From Gemmatimonas sp. (GTDB lineage: Bacteria; Gemmatimonadota; Gemmatimonadetes; Gemmatimonadales; Gemmatimonadaceae), in contig JANNVQ010000057.1 of assembly GCA_031414535.1 (NCBI GenBank), positions 32,001 through 96,000 on the forward strand: DNA of 64,000 nucleotides, read 5' to 3'. The position numbers were made by a program, and so were the translations under genes. The notes beneath the pieces are model-generated. The model saw only the letters and a list, made by a program, of their open reading frames with translations. It ran no database searches and was not told the origin of the DNA. This document shows positions 1 through 12,923 of this stretch, one piece after another (within the stretch, counting starts at the first letter, position 1; every line of letters starts with the position of its first letter).

Positions 1-2335
<2,335 letters not shown>

Positions 2336-2336
<1 letters not shown>

Positions 2337-3370
2337 TACTCGATACCTGCCACGTTACGAATCACCACTTGATCGCCGACGCGTAGTCCTGCGGTCACTT
2401 CCACATTACCCGCGTATTCGGCACCAATGCGAATCCAGCGGCGCACATCGCCATGCGCGGTGCGCAGCAGCACGCCAATCAAGTCACCTTCACGAATGAG
2501 TGCGGTCGCTGGTACCGCGATGCCGCGACGCTCGCCAACCGGCACAGAGAGCGTGGCGGCAGAATTGGCGAGGTGACGACCATCGCGATTCTCCACGAGC
2601 GCGTTGATGGCATAGAGGCCACCCATCGCGGGCACCACGCCTTCGATGGTTGCCACGTCACTGCGGCCCTCAATCTCCACGTTCACACGATTGCCCTTCT
2701 GGAGTCCACGAGCACTGGCAGGGCTCACGTGCACGGTTATGCGCAGCTGCGTGGCATCCTGCAGGGTTACCAAAGGCGCGCCCGGCGCGGCGAAGGCGCC
2801 GGGATCTACAAAGCGCGCGGTCACGGTTCCGGCAAACGGGGCGGTCAGCGCGGCGTAGGACTCCATGGCGGCGAGTTCGTGGGATGCAGCCTGTGCGGTG
2901 CGCAATCCGGACTCGGCCTGCGCCAGCTGCGTCTCCGCCTGCTCAAGCATCGCCTTCGGTGCGGCATCATCGGCGTGCAGCGCACGGATGCGAGCGGCCT
3001 GTGCGCTCGCCTGCCCCTGCATGGCCTGCGCGGCGTTCATACCGGCCTGCACCTGCTCACGCTTGGCGGCGAGATCGCGCGCATCAAGACGGACCAGGAT
3101 CTGGCCAGCGCGAACACTGCTGCCTTCAATCACATCAACGCCAACCACCGAAGACATAAGTTTGGTGGAGATGGTGGCCTCGCGCATGGGAGCAGCGACG
3201 CCACTGGCGTCGAGCGTGCTGGCAATGTTGGACTCCTCAATGGTGATCACGCTGCCGGTCGTGCTTGCGCTGTTGGCGTCGGGCGGCGTGTGGGCATCAG
3301 CCGGTGCGCAGGCGACGAGGACGATGCCGGCGCTCAGTGAGGCGAGGGTGTTGCGAAAGGTCTTGGTCAT
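2336..3370 (-). CDS. RND efflux periplasmic adaptor (membrane fusion protein), lipoprotein
   Basis: Lipobox VLVAC, biotinyl-like segments (GQILVRLD, LTAPFAGTVT) around a coiled-coil hairpin. Lies between TolC and the permease. Start set at MTKTFRN. Confidence 0.9.
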
Positions 3371-3377
3371 TGGGATA

Positions 3378-4724
3378 TCAGCGGTCAGTGGGAGCAGCAT
3401 CAAGGGAGGTCAAGGCGGCTGGGTCACCCCCAAGGGCGACCCGACGCTCAGCGGCGGCGAGAATCAGGTGGTAACGGCTCATTGCTTCGCGAAGCCGTGT
3501 TTCGGTTTCCATCGCGGAGGCCTCGAGCAACTCGGAAATGGTGGCGAGACCGCCGTCATACTTGCGTGCAACGATGCGGTGCGCTTCTACCGATTGCGCG
3601 ACGGCGCGTTCGGCAATTTCCAGTTGCGCGAACGCGAGACTCACGCGGTCTGCTGAGCGCTGGAGTTGGAGTTCGGCGTTGGCCGTGGCGGCCTCGGCGC
3701 GGGCCTCAGCGGCAACGGCACGCGCACTCGTTGCCCGTACTTCACCGATTTCAGACGCGCCGGCAAATGGCGACCAGGTGGCCATCACGCCGACGGTCCA
3801 GGAGCGCTTGTTGGCAAAGAAGCCCGTGGCGTCGTTCCAGTCGTAGCGTGCAAAGCTGTTCACCCGCGGCAAGTACAATGACTTGGCGCGAAGCGCGTCG
3901 CTGCTGGCGGCAGCACGAGCGGCCTCGGCGACAGTGACATCAGCGCGCGCATGTGAATTCTCACTCAGCGAATCCACAACTGCCGCGTGGCGAATGGCCT
4001 CGGCGCTGGGCAGCGTGGTCGGCAGGCTTGCTGGCAGGCGGGCGACGCCCAGCAGGACGGCGAGTTCTCGCTGTGCGTGTTCAGCGTCGGCTGCCGCTTC
4101 CAGTTGCTTGGCGGCGATCTCTCCAGCGCGAACACTGGCGAGGAGTGCATCGGAGCGTGTGACGAGGCCCGTGTCGGCGAGAGCTTGGGCGCGAGCAACG
4201 TGTGCTGATGCGGCACGACTGGCGGCGACGAGGGTCTCGCGCAATTCGGCTGCGAGTGTGGCACCATAGTATGCGCGAACCACGTCAACCTTGGTGCCGG
4301 TGCGTGTCCACTGCGCCATGGCATCGCTGGCGTCAGCGGCGGCAGACGCCGCGCGGCGACCCGTCCATGCGTCCGCATTGAACAGCGGCTGTTCGAGCAC
4401 GAGAGCGGCGCTACGAGTGCGCGCCGCGTCGGGAAAGTTGAGCGTAGCCGGATTGAATTCCGCTGCCGTAATGGCACGCTGGCGCAGCGTGACGCCAAAG
4501 GCATTGATGGGATCGGTGGTCGCGAGGACACCCATCTCGACGCGCACACCCGGCAGGATGCCGCGCAGGGGTGCGATGGCTGCCGCGCGTTGCCCAACGG
4601 CCTCGGCGGTGGCGATGCGGTTGGCGTAGGCGCTCTGGTCCGCAATCCGCAGGGCGTCGCCCAGCGAGAGCTGGGCGGAGAGCACTTGGACCGGGAGTAG
4701 CACGAGGAGGAGGAGTCGAAACAT
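3378..4724 (-). CDS. TolC family outer membrane efflux protein
   Basis: Signal peptide MFRLLLLVLLPVQVLSA. TolC-like motifs LEQPLFN, YLPRVN and RKYDGGLATISELLEA. Confidence 0.88.
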   Translation of the reverse strand: MFRLLLLVLLPVQVLSAQLSLGDALRIADQSAYANRIATAEAVGQRAAAIAPLRGILPGVRVEMGVLATTDPINAFGVTLRQRAITAAEFNPATLNFPDAARTRSAALVLEQPLFNADAWTGRRAASAAADASDAMAQWTRTGTKVDVVRAYYGATLAAELRETLVAASRAASAHVARAQALADTGLVTRSDALLASVRAGEIAAKQLEAAADAEHAQRELAVLLGVARLPASLPTTLPSAEAIRHAAVVDSLSENSHARADVTVAEAARAAASSDALRAKSLYLPRVNSFARYDWNDATGFFANKRSWTVGVMATWSPFAGASEIGEVRATSARAVAAEARAEAATANAELQLQRSADRVSLAFAQLEIAERAVAQSVEAHRIVARKYDGGLATISELLEASAMETETRLREAMSRYHLILAAAERRVALGGDPAALTSLDAAPTDR

Positions 4725-4768
4725 AGATATTAAGTTGTATTGGTATATAACCATATAGTGATATTAAG
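4725..4768. promoter_or_regulatory. AT-rich promoter/operator of the tolC-MFP-RND operon
   Basis: AT-rich island in GC-rich DNA just upstream of the tolC start. GATATTAAG occurs twice (4726-4734, 4760-4768) around the near-palindrome GGTATATAACC. Confidence 0.5.
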
Positions 4769-4798
4769 CGCGGAGAGGGTCCGCCGCAAGCCCTTCTT

Positions 4799-5419
4799 TT
4801 ACTCCTTCAGCAAGCGCCGTACGGCCAACTCGAGGCTCACGGGCGCCACTGGCCCAATCACCCGGTGCCGAATGCGGCCTGTCCGGTCCAACAAAAAACT
4901 CATCGGGTAGCCTTGCACGCCTCCAAACGCCGCCTCCGCCTCCGGCCCCACGTGCGCAATCGGATAGCTCACGCCACGCTCGGTTACGAAGGCTCGGACC
5001 TGCTCGGTAGAGACGCGATCGACGGCGAGCCCCACCACCACGAATCCTGAATCCGCGTGCCGGCGGTGCATGGCGTCGAGGGCCGGCATTTCCACGCGGC
5101 AAGGCAGGCACCAAGTGGCCCAGAAGTTCACCAATACCACCTTTCCCCGTAGCGACTCAGCGCTCAGCGGCTCGCCAGTAAGCGAGACGTATTCGTACTG
5201 CGGCGTGGTGGTGGGACCCGAGCGCACGCCGAGCACGGCACCGACGTGCGGCAGCAGTCTCGGAGCCGCCCAGAGCAGGATTGCCAGCGTGAGCACGTTG
5301 GCAATCGTGAGATGACGCCGCAGACGTCCCCACCGCGATAGCGCAGGTGACTCGACAGCCGTTGGGGCAGGCGCGGAATCGGGCTTTGCAACGGGATGAG
5401 CGGACGCTGGATCGGTCAT
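4799..5419 (-). CDS. TlpA/ResA-like thiol-disulfide reductase, membrane anchored
   Basis: GKVVLVNFWATWCLPCRVEMP thioredoxin motif and an N-terminal hydrophobic anchor. Start set at MTDPASA. Confidence 0.88.
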   Translation of the reverse strand: MTDPASAHPVAKPDSAPAPTAVESPALSRWGRLRRHLTIANVLTLAILLWAAPRLLPHVGAVLGVRSGPTTTPQYEYVSLTGEPLSAESLRGKVVLVNFWATWCLPCRVEMPALDAMHRRHADSGFVVVGLAVDRVSTEQVRAFVTERGVSYPIAHVGPEAEAAFGGVQGYPMSFLLDRTGRIRHRVIGPVAPVSLELAVRRLLKE

Positions 5420-5534
5420 TGTCTGTGGACAATACGCGATGACGAGGAGAAGTTCTTGCGACTGAACATTCCCGCGCCCATGGGCGTAGGCCTGACACAA
5501 CCTCGTTGGAGTTTTCTGAATGCGTGCATCAATC

Positions 5535-8500
5535 ATGCGCTTGCTTGCCCTCGCGGCGTTTCTTCCACTCGCTCTCGCCGCGCAGGACAGCAGCGAGGCC
5601 CGGCCGGGCCGTCGCGTGGGGTTACCGCTCGCAGCCACACGGTCTTGGTCACTGAACACCAGCGAAGGCTCGTGGATGTCGGTGGACGTATCCCCCGACG
5701 GCGCAACGCTCGTGTTCGACCTCCTCGGCGATCTCTACACCATGCCGATTGCCGGCGGCGCGGCAACAGCGCTTACCAACGGCATGCCCTTCGACGCGCA
5801 GCCGCGATTCTCACCTGATGGCAAGCACGTCGTCTATGTGAGCGACGAGGACGGCGGCGATAATCTCTGGCGCATTGAGCTGGCAACAAGCAAGAAGACA
5901 CAGCTCACGCGCGGCAAGACCACACGCTACATCTCACCCACGTGGACGCCAGACGGCCAGTACATCATCTCCGCGCGCGCACTGTTCCGCGGTGGCACCA
6001 CGAAGCTCTGGATCTACCATCGCGACGGTGGCAATGGCACGCAACTCATCGCTGCCACGGGCAACGCCGCCAATCAGTCGCACGCAGGCCCCGTGGTGAG
6101 CCGAGACGGCCGCTACGTGTGGTACGCGGAGCGAAACGGAGCTTGGCACTACAACGCTAACTCGCCGCAGTACCAGCTCGTGCGCTACGATCGCGAGACG
6201 GGCCGCTCGGTTCCGCAGTCGTTCACGTATGGTTCCGCCGCGCGCCCAACGCTCTCGCCCGACAACCGCTACGTGGTGTACGGCTCGCGCTTTGAGTCTC
6301 AAACTGGCCTTCGCATTCGCGACTTGACCACGAGCGATGACCGCTGGCTCGCCTTCCCCACGCAGCGCGACGATATGGAATCGCGCGCCGCGCTCGATGC
6401 GCTCCCTGGTATGGCGTTCACGCCAGATGGCCGCAGCCTCATCGCGTCGTATGGTGGAAAATTCTGGCGCATTGCCGTGGATGGTTCAGGCCAGAGCGAG
6501 ATTCCGTTCACGGTGCAGGCGGCAATTGCCGCTGGCCCGCGCGTGCAGTTTGAGTATGGTGTTTCCGATTCGTCAACGTTCACAGCACGTCAACTGCGTG
6601 ATCCCGTGCTCTCGCCAGACGCTCGCCGCCTTGCATTCACGGTGCTCGATCGTCTGTACGTAATGGATTGGCCGGCCGGCACGCCGCGCCGCGTCACCAA
6701 CGCAGATGTAGTGGAAGCGCAGCCCGCGTGGTCGCCGGATGGGCGCACCCTAGCCTACGTCACGTGGGAGGGCACGACCGGCCGCCTGATGCGCGTGTCG
6801 CTCGATGCGCGCGTCACGACGCCGACAGCCCTGACCACCGAGCGCGGCTTCTATCAGCAGCCCGCGTGGTCGCCCAATGGTCAGCGCGTCGTGGCCATCC
6901 GCGGACCCGCAACGGCCTTCGCCGAGGCATTTGCGCAAGGTGCGCCGGGTGCCGCCACTGAATTCGTATGGTTTCCTGCAGCTGGTGGCGCGGCAACAGT
7001 GATTGCAGAAACGCAGGGCCGCACGCGTCCGCACTTCACGCAAGACAACGAGCGCATCTTTCTCTCCAGCAGCCAGGGACTCTCGTCCATACGCTGGGAT
7101 GGTACCGATGAACGCCGTATCGTCCGCGTTACCGGACCAGCAGCACCAGGTAGTTCGGTGGAGTGCGACGAGTCGCACGTGTACTGCGAAGCGGAGAGTG
7201 ACGATCCGCGCGAGGACAATCCCCCGCCCTCCGCCACGCTCACCGTGATGGCGCCGCGCGGCGATCAGGCTTTCGCAGCCGTCGGGAATCACATCTATGT
7301 CGTGACCGTACCGCGCGTGAGCGGCGAGGCCGTGACAATCTCCGTCGCCACACCGGATAACGCGGCGTTTCCCTCGCGCAAAATCACGGACATCGGTGGG
7401 CAGTTTCCCTCGTGGCTCGCCAGTGGTCGCGCCGTCCTCTGGGGCATCGGCAACGCCGTTGCACAGTTTGACATCGACTCCGCGCGCGTGCGCGACCTTG
7501 CCATTCGCGACTCCGCCGCTTGGCGTGCCGATACCACACTCAAACCCAAGGCTTACACGGCAAGCGAGCGACGCGTTGCCGTCTCCATCGCGCGCGACAT
7601 TCCGCAGGGCGCGCTCGTGCTGCGCGGTGGACGTGCCGTCACCATGCGTGGGACCGAGATCATTGAGAACGCCGACATCGTCGTCGTGAACAACCGCATC
7701 CGCGCGGTCGGCGCGCGTGGCAGCGTAGAGATTCCCGCCGGCGCCACCATCCGCGACATCAGCGGGCGTACCGTCGTGCCGGGCTTCGTGGACACACACG
7801 CGCACATGTGGCCGAGCTGGGGCATCCACAAGCCGCAGCCCTGGATGTACCTCGCAAACCTCGCGTACGGCGTCACCACCACGCGCGATCCGCAGACCGC
7901 CACCACTGACGTCCTCACCTACAGCGACATGGTGGAGAGCGGACTCGCGATGGGCCCGCGCGTCTACAGCACAGGTCCCGGCGTGTTCTGGGAAGAGAAC
8001 GTGCGCAATCTGGAGGATGCGCGTCGCGTCCTGCGCCGCTACAGCAGCTATTACGACACCAAGACCATCAAGATGTACGTAGCGGGAAATCGCGAGCAGC
8101 GTCAGTGGATTATCCAGGCCGCGCGCGAGCAGCAGATCATGCCCACCACGGAAGGCTCGCTCGACTTCCGTTTGAATATGTCCATGGCTCAGGACGGATA
8201 CAGCGGCCAGGAACACAACATCCCAGTCACGCCGCTCTTTAAGGACGTCACCGGCTTCTTCGCATGGACGGGCATCGCATACACGCCCACGCTGATCGTG
8301 AACTACGGTGGCCCCTGGGGCGAGAACTGGTTTTACACGCGCGAGCGTCCCTACGACGATGCCAAGGTGCAGCGTTGGATGCCGTATGCTGAACTCGCGG
8401 CCAAGGCACGTCGCCGCGTGGCGAATCGTCCCACTGACGGCACGCCTGGCGGATGGTTCTCAGATGATGAGTACGCCTTTCCCAAGCACGCGGCTGATGC

Positions 8501-8888
8501 CTACGCGATCTTCCAGCAAGGTGGACGCATCGGCATCGGCAGCCACGGCCAGTTCCAAGGTCTTGGCTACCACTGGGAGATGTGGTTGCTCAAGCAAGGT
8601 GGTTGGTCTAACCACGATGTGTTACGCGCCGCCACCATCGTCGGTGCGGACGCCATTGGACTCGGCCAGCAACTCGGCTCCATCGAGCCCGGCAAGCTGG
8701 CGGACCTCGTGATTCTTGATCGCGATCCTATCGCCGATTTGCGGAATACCAACGCCATCAGCGGCGTAATGAAGAACGGCCGGCTCTATGATGGCACGAC
8801 GCTCGCGGAGCAGTGGCCGCGTCAGCGCCCGGGGCCTGCGGTTGACGGCCTGCGCACTGTTCCTAATGTGAAGGCCGGAATGCGCTAA
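5535..8888 (+). CDS. Secreted PD40/TolB-like beta-propeller plus amidohydrolase domain protein
   Basis: Signal peptide and repeated (F/W)SPDG motifs. C-terminal PGFVDTHAH and GSIEPGKLADLVIL amidohydrolase motifs. Confidence 0.9.
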   Translation: MRLLALAAFLPLALAAQDSSEARPGRRVGLPLAATRSWSLNTSEGSWMSVDVSPDGATLVFDLLGDLYTMPIAGGAATALTNGMPFDAQPRFSPDGKHVVYVSDEDGGDNLWRIELATSKKTQLTRGKTTRYISPTWTPDGQYIISARALFRGGTTKLWIYHRDGGNGTQLIAATGNAANQSHAGPVVSRDGRYVWYAERNGAWHYNANSPQYQLVRYDRETGRSVPQSFTYGSAARPTLSPDNRYVVYGSRFESQTGLRIRDLTTSDDRWLAFPTQRDDMESRAALDALPGMAFTPDGRSLIASYGGKFWRIAVDGSGQSEIPFTVQAAIAAGPRVQFEYGVSDSSTFTARQLRDPVLSPDARRLAFTVLDRLYVMDWPAGTPRRVTNADVVEAQPAWSPDGRTLAYVTWEGTTGRLMRVSLDARVTTPTALTTERGFYQQPAWSPNGQRVVAIRGPATAFAEAFAQGAPGAATEFVWFPAAGGAATVIAETQGRTRPHFTQDNERIFLSSSQGLSSIRWDGTDERRIVRVTGPAAPGSSVECDESHVYCEAESDDPREDNPPPSATLTVMAPRGDQAFAAVGNHIYVVTVPRVSGEAVTISVATPDNAAFPSRKITDIGGQFPSWLASGRAVLWGIGNAVAQFDIDSARVRDLAIRDSAAWRADTTLKPKAYTASERRVAVSIARDIPQGALVLRGGRAVTMRGTEIIENADIVVVNNRIRAVGARGSVEIPAGATIRDISGRTVVPGFVDTHAHMWPSWGIHKPQPWMYLANLAYGVTTTRDPQTATTDVLTYSDMVESGLAMGPRVYSTGPGVFWEENVRNLEDARRVLRRYSSYYDTKTIKMYVAGNREQRQWIIQAAREQQIMPTTEGSLDFRLNMSMAQDGYSGQEHNIPVTPLFKDVTGFFAWTGIAYTPTLIVNYGGPWGENWFYTRERPYDDAKVQRWMPYAELAAKARRRVANRPTDGTPGGWFSDDEYAFPKHAADAYAIFQQGGRIGIGSHGQFQGLGYHWEMWLLKQGGWSNHDVLRAATIVGADAIGLGQQLGSIEPGKLADLVILDRDPIADLRNTNAISGVMKNGRLYDGTTLAEQWPRQRPGPAVDGLRTVPNVKAGMR

Positions 8889-8930
8889 ACTTTCGTACAA
8901 GTTTGTAAGAGCGGAACAGGTGCTCGGCGC

Positions 8931-9413
8931 TTAGCCGAGCACCTGTTCGATTTCTGCTCGCATCTGCTCTGGTGTATCGGTTGGTGCGAAGCGCTTGAGC
9001 ACCGTGCCGTCACGCGCCACGAGGAACTTGGTGAAGTTCCACTTGATGGCTTCGGTGAACAGCAGGCCAGGCTTTGCCTTCTTGAGATGAGCGAACAGCG
9101 GATGCGTGCCATCGCCGTTCACGTCGAGCTTGGCAAACATGGGAAACGTGACGTCGTACGTGAGCGAGCAGAAGTTCTTGATTTCATCTGCGTTCCCGGG
9201 CTCCTGCGCACCAAACTGGTTGCAAGGAAATCCGAGTACCGCGAGACCTTTGGGTCCGAGTTCGCGATGCAGGGTCTCGAGGCCGGCGTATTGCGGCGTG
9301 AAGCCACACTGACTTGCGGTATTCACAATCAGCATCACTTGGTTCTGATACGGAGCGAGCGTTTGTTCGCTGCCGTCAAGAGCGGTGACGGGGATCTCGT
9401 AGATGTTGGTCAT
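8931..9413 (-). CDS. Glutathione peroxidase family protein
   Basis: VNTASQCGFTPQY, LGFPCNQFGAQEPG and IKWNFTKFLV motifs. Confidence 0.95.
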   Translation of the reverse strand: MTNIYEIPVTALDGSEQTLAPYQNQVMLIVNTASQCGFTPQYAGLETLHRELGPKGLAVLGFPCNQFGAQEPGNADEIKNFCSLTYDVTFPMFAKLDVNGDGTHPLFAHLKKAKPGLLFTEAIKWNFTKFLVARDGTVLKRFAPTDTPEQMRAEIEQVLG

Positions 9414-9451
9414 CCCGTAATTTCGCGTATCACGCCGCGCGAATGTAGCCG

Positions 9452-10222
9452 CTACGGGCCAATAGGACTGAGTTCAGGTCGCTTCGCAACGATGCCAGCG
9501 CCTGAGGAGCGGCCCAACACGCGTCGAAGGAGCCAAGGTGCGAGGTACGCGGCAATCCAATGCGCCTCGGCCGCCGCGCGCGCGATGGCGCTGGAGTTTG
9601 GGCGGGTCGGCAATTGATTTGCCCAGCCCTCGTCGAAGCCGGGCAGCCCAAGCACTGATGCCAATCCGGCGGCAATTCTTGCATGACCTTCGGCGTTGGC
9701 GTGCAGACGGTCTTCGTGCCAGAGCCGCGGATCGCCGGCGACGGGAAACCGGTCCACATCAAGCAGCAGCACACCCGTCTCCGCGCACAGCGCGCGCATG
9801 CCCTCATTAAAAGCGCGCAGCTTGGGGCGTGCACGCTTGGCGAATGGCGCAACCTCTCCAAGGTCGGGCATCGTGATGGTCAACACCGTCGCGCCGATGC
9901 CGCGCAGCGCGACATGCAGCGTGCGCATATCCTCAATCACCTGCTCACAATTGAAGTTGGAGCGGATGATGTCGTTGGTGCCGGAGAACACAGTGACCAA
10001 GTCAGGCCGCATCGCGAGTGCGGGCTGCAGCTGCTCCTCAACGAGATGGCGCGTCTTGCGGCCGCGCACGGCAAGGTTAGCGTAGAGCAATGGCTCGCCC
10101 TGCGTCTGCGCTACATGCAAAGCGAGGCGATCCGCCCAGCCGCGATGCCGGCCATCCGGTCCGGGATCCTCGAGCCCCTCGGTGGAGGAGTCACCGAGCG
10201 CTACGTAGCGCGTGAATTTCAA
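9452..10222 (-). CDS. SGNH/GDSL hydrolase
   Basis: VALGDSSTEG, NLAVRG, GTND and DRLH blocks. Probable TTG start overlapping the upstream stop (TTGA). Confidence 0.88.
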   Translation of the reverse strand: MKFTRYVALGDSSTEGLEDPGPDGRHRGWADRLALHVAQTQGEPLLYANLAVRGRKTRHLVEEQLQPALAMRPDLVTVFSGTNDIIRSNFNCEQVIEDMRTLHVALRGIGATVLTITMPDLGEVAPFAKRARPKLRAFNEGMRALCAETGVLLLDVDRFPVAGDPRLWHEDRLHANAEGHARIAAGLASVLGLPGFDEGWANQLPTRPNSSAIARAAAEAHWIAAYLAPWLLRRVLGRSSGAGIVAKRPELSPIGP

Positions 10223-10446
10223 GGCAGCTTGGACAACGAGTCGAGCTCGCGCGCGCGCTTGGCCGCGGAGTCGCTCGCGGCGAGCGCGCCACGCACGCCT
10301 CGTGCACCCGGGAGGGTAGATGCGCCCACCGTGCTGTCCACCTTCCGCTGCTCCGCAGCGGAGCGCGTCGGTGGTGCTTCTTCCTTCTTGGCGCCGCAGG
10401 CAGCGGCGGTGATGAGCAAAGCTGAAAGAACAATGAGGCGACGCAC
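10219..10446 (-). CDS. Small hypothetical lipoprotein
   Basis: MRRLIVLSALLITAAAC lipobox, coupled to the SGNH gene. Confidence 0.7.
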   Translation of the reverse strand: MRRLIVLSALLITAAACGAKKEEAPPTRSAAEQRKVDSTVGASTLPGARGVRGALAASDSAAKRARELDSLSKLP

Positions 10447-10484
10447 CCGTAGCTCCGCGAGAGTGATATAGCGAAGTTAGCGGG

Positions 10485-11291
10485 ATGACTGCGCGCTCGC
10501 ATCCACGCCCGCCTGTTGACCCCACTGCACTGAACGGCGCAGGTGGGACGATGTGGACCAACCTCGGGTACTGGGAAGGCAGCGGCGCTGTCGCGCCAGA
10601 CACGCGGAGCGCGTCCACTCGTTACCAGCACGCTGCCGCCGAGCTCGCTCGGCGAGTCGGGATGGCAGCGAATCTCAGGCCCGGCGATATTGTTGTGGAC
10701 TACGCCTGCGGCTTCGGTGATTCGCTGCGCCTTTGGGTTGAAGAGTTAAAGGCAGAGAGTGTCGTTGGTCTCGAACCCGACCCATCAGTCTGCCGAGTCA
10801 TCGAGGCGCGCGTTCAGTCTTGGGGGCTTGCGAATCGTATTCGCGTGCTGTGCGCGTCAGCGGAAGATCCGGCAGGTCGTACTGTAGCCGCTCAGGCGAC
10901 AGCAATCGTCTGCGTGGATGCCGCCTACCACTTTCGCACCCGTTCAACTTGGCTCAGATATCTCGGAGCAATGGCCACCTCAGGAGTGCGTCTTGGATTC
11001 GCCGATCTCAGCGTCTACGCGGGCAAGGAACGCTCACTGCGTCTGCGCGCACTGGCGCGGCTGATGCGAATTCCACACGAGAACCTGATAAGCGCGCGAA
11101 GCCTTGCAATTGCCTGTGAGGATGCGGGCTTCACCGTGGAGAATTGCGAGCAAGTAGGATCTGAGGTGCTGGACGGCTTTGTGGCAAATGCACCACGCGG
11201 TACAATGTCCGTCGCAACAACGCGCGCGGCAATCGCATTTGCACGGCACGCGCGACTCCTCGATTACCTCATCATCGGTGCCGCGCGCTAG
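10485..11291 (+). CDS. Class I SAM-dependent methyltransferase
   Basis: NLGYW, VVDYACGFG motif I and CVDAAYHF. Confidence 0.85.
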   Translation: MTARSHPRPPVDPTALNGAGGTMWTNLGYWEGSGAVAPDTRSASTRYQHAAAELARRVGMAANLRPGDIVVDYACGFGDSLRLWVEELKAESVVGLEPDPSVCRVIEARVQSWGLANRIRVLCASAEDPAGRTVAAQATAIVCVDAAYHFRTRSTWLRYLGAMATSGVRLGFADLSVYAGKERSLRLRALARLMRIPHENLISARSLAIACEDAGFTVENCEQVGSEVLDGFVANAPRGTMSVATTRAAIAFARHARLLDYLIIGAAR

Positions 11292-12017
11292 ATGCTTCGA
11301 CTGATTTTCATCTCGCTTCTCTGTTCCACGCCGCTCGCTGCACAGGTGGATTGGAACAGCGTTCAGCAGCCAGCCATTTGGTTCAGCAGCTTCGTGGATC
11401 AAGCGATCACCGAGCGCACGGCTCTGTGGTTCGACGGGCACTGGCGGCGCATGGGACTCGGTGCAGAGCCGCAGCAAGTTTTGCTCCGGCCCGGGGTGCA
11501 AGTGACCCTACACCCCGGTTTACGGGCCGGTGCTGGCTACGCATACATCGCTACCGCGCCGTATGGCGAGTCACCCAACGCGAACCCCACCCGGGAGCAC
11601 CGGGCGTGGCAGCAACTTTCTCTCGCCGCGCGATTCGCAGAGATTTCCGTCACGCAGCGCTTGCGCCTAGAGCAACGTTGGGGCGCGGCTGTCATCGATG
11701 GAGAGCGCGGCGCATTGCGCTACCAACAGCGTCTGCGGTACGCGGCCCGTGCACAGCGTGAGTTGCGCGCTGAGTCTTCCGGAAGACGGCAACTTCTTGG
11801 CTTCGTCGCCAACGAGTTCTTCGTGCCGATCGGTCACTCGGATGGCGCGCAGCGGCGGCTTCAGAACCGTGCGCAAGTTGGACTCGGTTTCCCAGTGAGC
11901 GACGAGCAACGCGTAGAGATTAGCTATATGCACCAATGGAATCGCATCACGCCGCGCACGACGCACGAGTTCAATCACACAATGGTGCTGAGCTGGTACT
12001 GGACCGCTCGGCGCTGA
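11292..12017 (+). CDS. Putative outer-membrane beta-barrel protein (DUF2490-like)
   Basis: Signal peptide, the patterns EHRAWQQ, RLRLEQRW and QNRAQVGLG, and an aromatic C-terminus. Confidence 0.7.
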   Translation: MLRLIFISLLCSTPLAAQVDWNSVQQPAIWFSSFVDQAITERTALWFDGHWRRMGLGAEPQQVLLRPGVQVTLHPGLRAGAGYAYIATAPYGESPNANPTREHRAWQQLSLAARFAEISVTQRLRLEQRWGAAVIDGERGALRYQQRLRYAARAQRELRAESSGRRQLLGFVANEFFVPIGHSDGAQRRLQNRAQVGLGFPVSDEQRVEISYMHQWNRITPRTTHEFNHTMVLSWYWTARR

Positions 12018-12026
12018 TTCCTGCGT

Positions 12027-12923
12027 TCAGTGCACCGTGAGGTCGCGCGCTGACGTGAGCGGACCCGTGTAGCCTGCGCGGCGCATCTCCGTGAGAAGGC
12101 CCGCGTCGTCAGTACCCCAGAACAACTGATGGTAGAGCACCAGCTGTTTCGGCCGCGCACGCGTGGCAAGCGCCGACAATTCATCCGTAGACGTGTGGGC
12201 ATTGGCGTGATAGCGCTGCCACTCCGGGGGCAGAGTGCGAAAGCGCTCCGCCGAGTACACCTCGTGCACGAGCAGGTCGCAACCATTGCAGGCCTGCACG
12301 ACCGCGTCGCTGGCTCGTGTATCGCCTGAGATGACGATGCTGCGGCCCGCCGCATCGAAGCGATACCCGAAGGCAACGTCCCAGTCCCCGTGCGGCACGG
12401 CAAACGCCGTCACGCGCATATTGCCGTCATTGAGCACGACGCCTGGGGCAATCTCATGAACCGTGACGCGCCATCCATTCTCGTTGGCGGGCTCGAGGCC
12501 CTCCAGGCGATTGCGAATGTCTGCGGCGTATGCGGCCTGTAAGTGCTCAAACATCGCCTTGGTGCCCGGCGGGCCATACACGACCAGCGGAACGTCTCGC
12601 TCGAGTGTCCAGGCGCCGAGCATCAGGTCGGGAGCACCGATTGTGTGATCGGAGTGCAGATGCGTAAGGAACAGCGTGCGTAGCTGCGACGGGCGCAATG
12701 CATCAATACCGTGCAGCATCGCCGCGGCGTTTGCGCGGCGAACGACGCCGGGACCTGCGTCAACGAGGTACGAGTGCTCTCCACGCACCACGGCGAGTGC
12801 TGGGCCTGAACGCTCGGGATCAGCGTTCGGTGTGCCTGTGCCCAGCACCACCAGTTTCGTCTCTTGCGCCTCGCCAACACTCGCGAGGCACACGATGAAG
12901 ATCAGCGCACGAGCTAAGCGCAC
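12027..12923 (-). CDS. Secreted MBL-fold metallohydrolase (RNase Z/arylsulfatase-like)
   Basis: LGTGTP, LVDAG, THLHSDH, SGDT and LVLYH motifs, with a signal peptide. Confidence 0.88.
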   Translation of the reverse strand: MRLARALIFIVCLASVGEAQETKLVVLGTGTPNADPERSGPALAVVRGEHSYLVDAGPGVVRRANAAAMLHGIDALRPSQLRTLFLTHLHSDHTIGAPDLMLGAWTLERDVPLVVYGPPGTKAMFEHLQAAYAADIRNRLEGLEPANENGWRVTVHEIAPGVVLNDGNMRVTAFAVPHGDWDVAFGYRFDAAGRSIVISGDTRASDAVVQACNGCDLLVHEVYSAERFRTLPPEWQRYHANAHTSTDELSALATRARPKQLVLYHQLFWGTDDAGLLTEMRRAGYTGPLTSARDLTVH

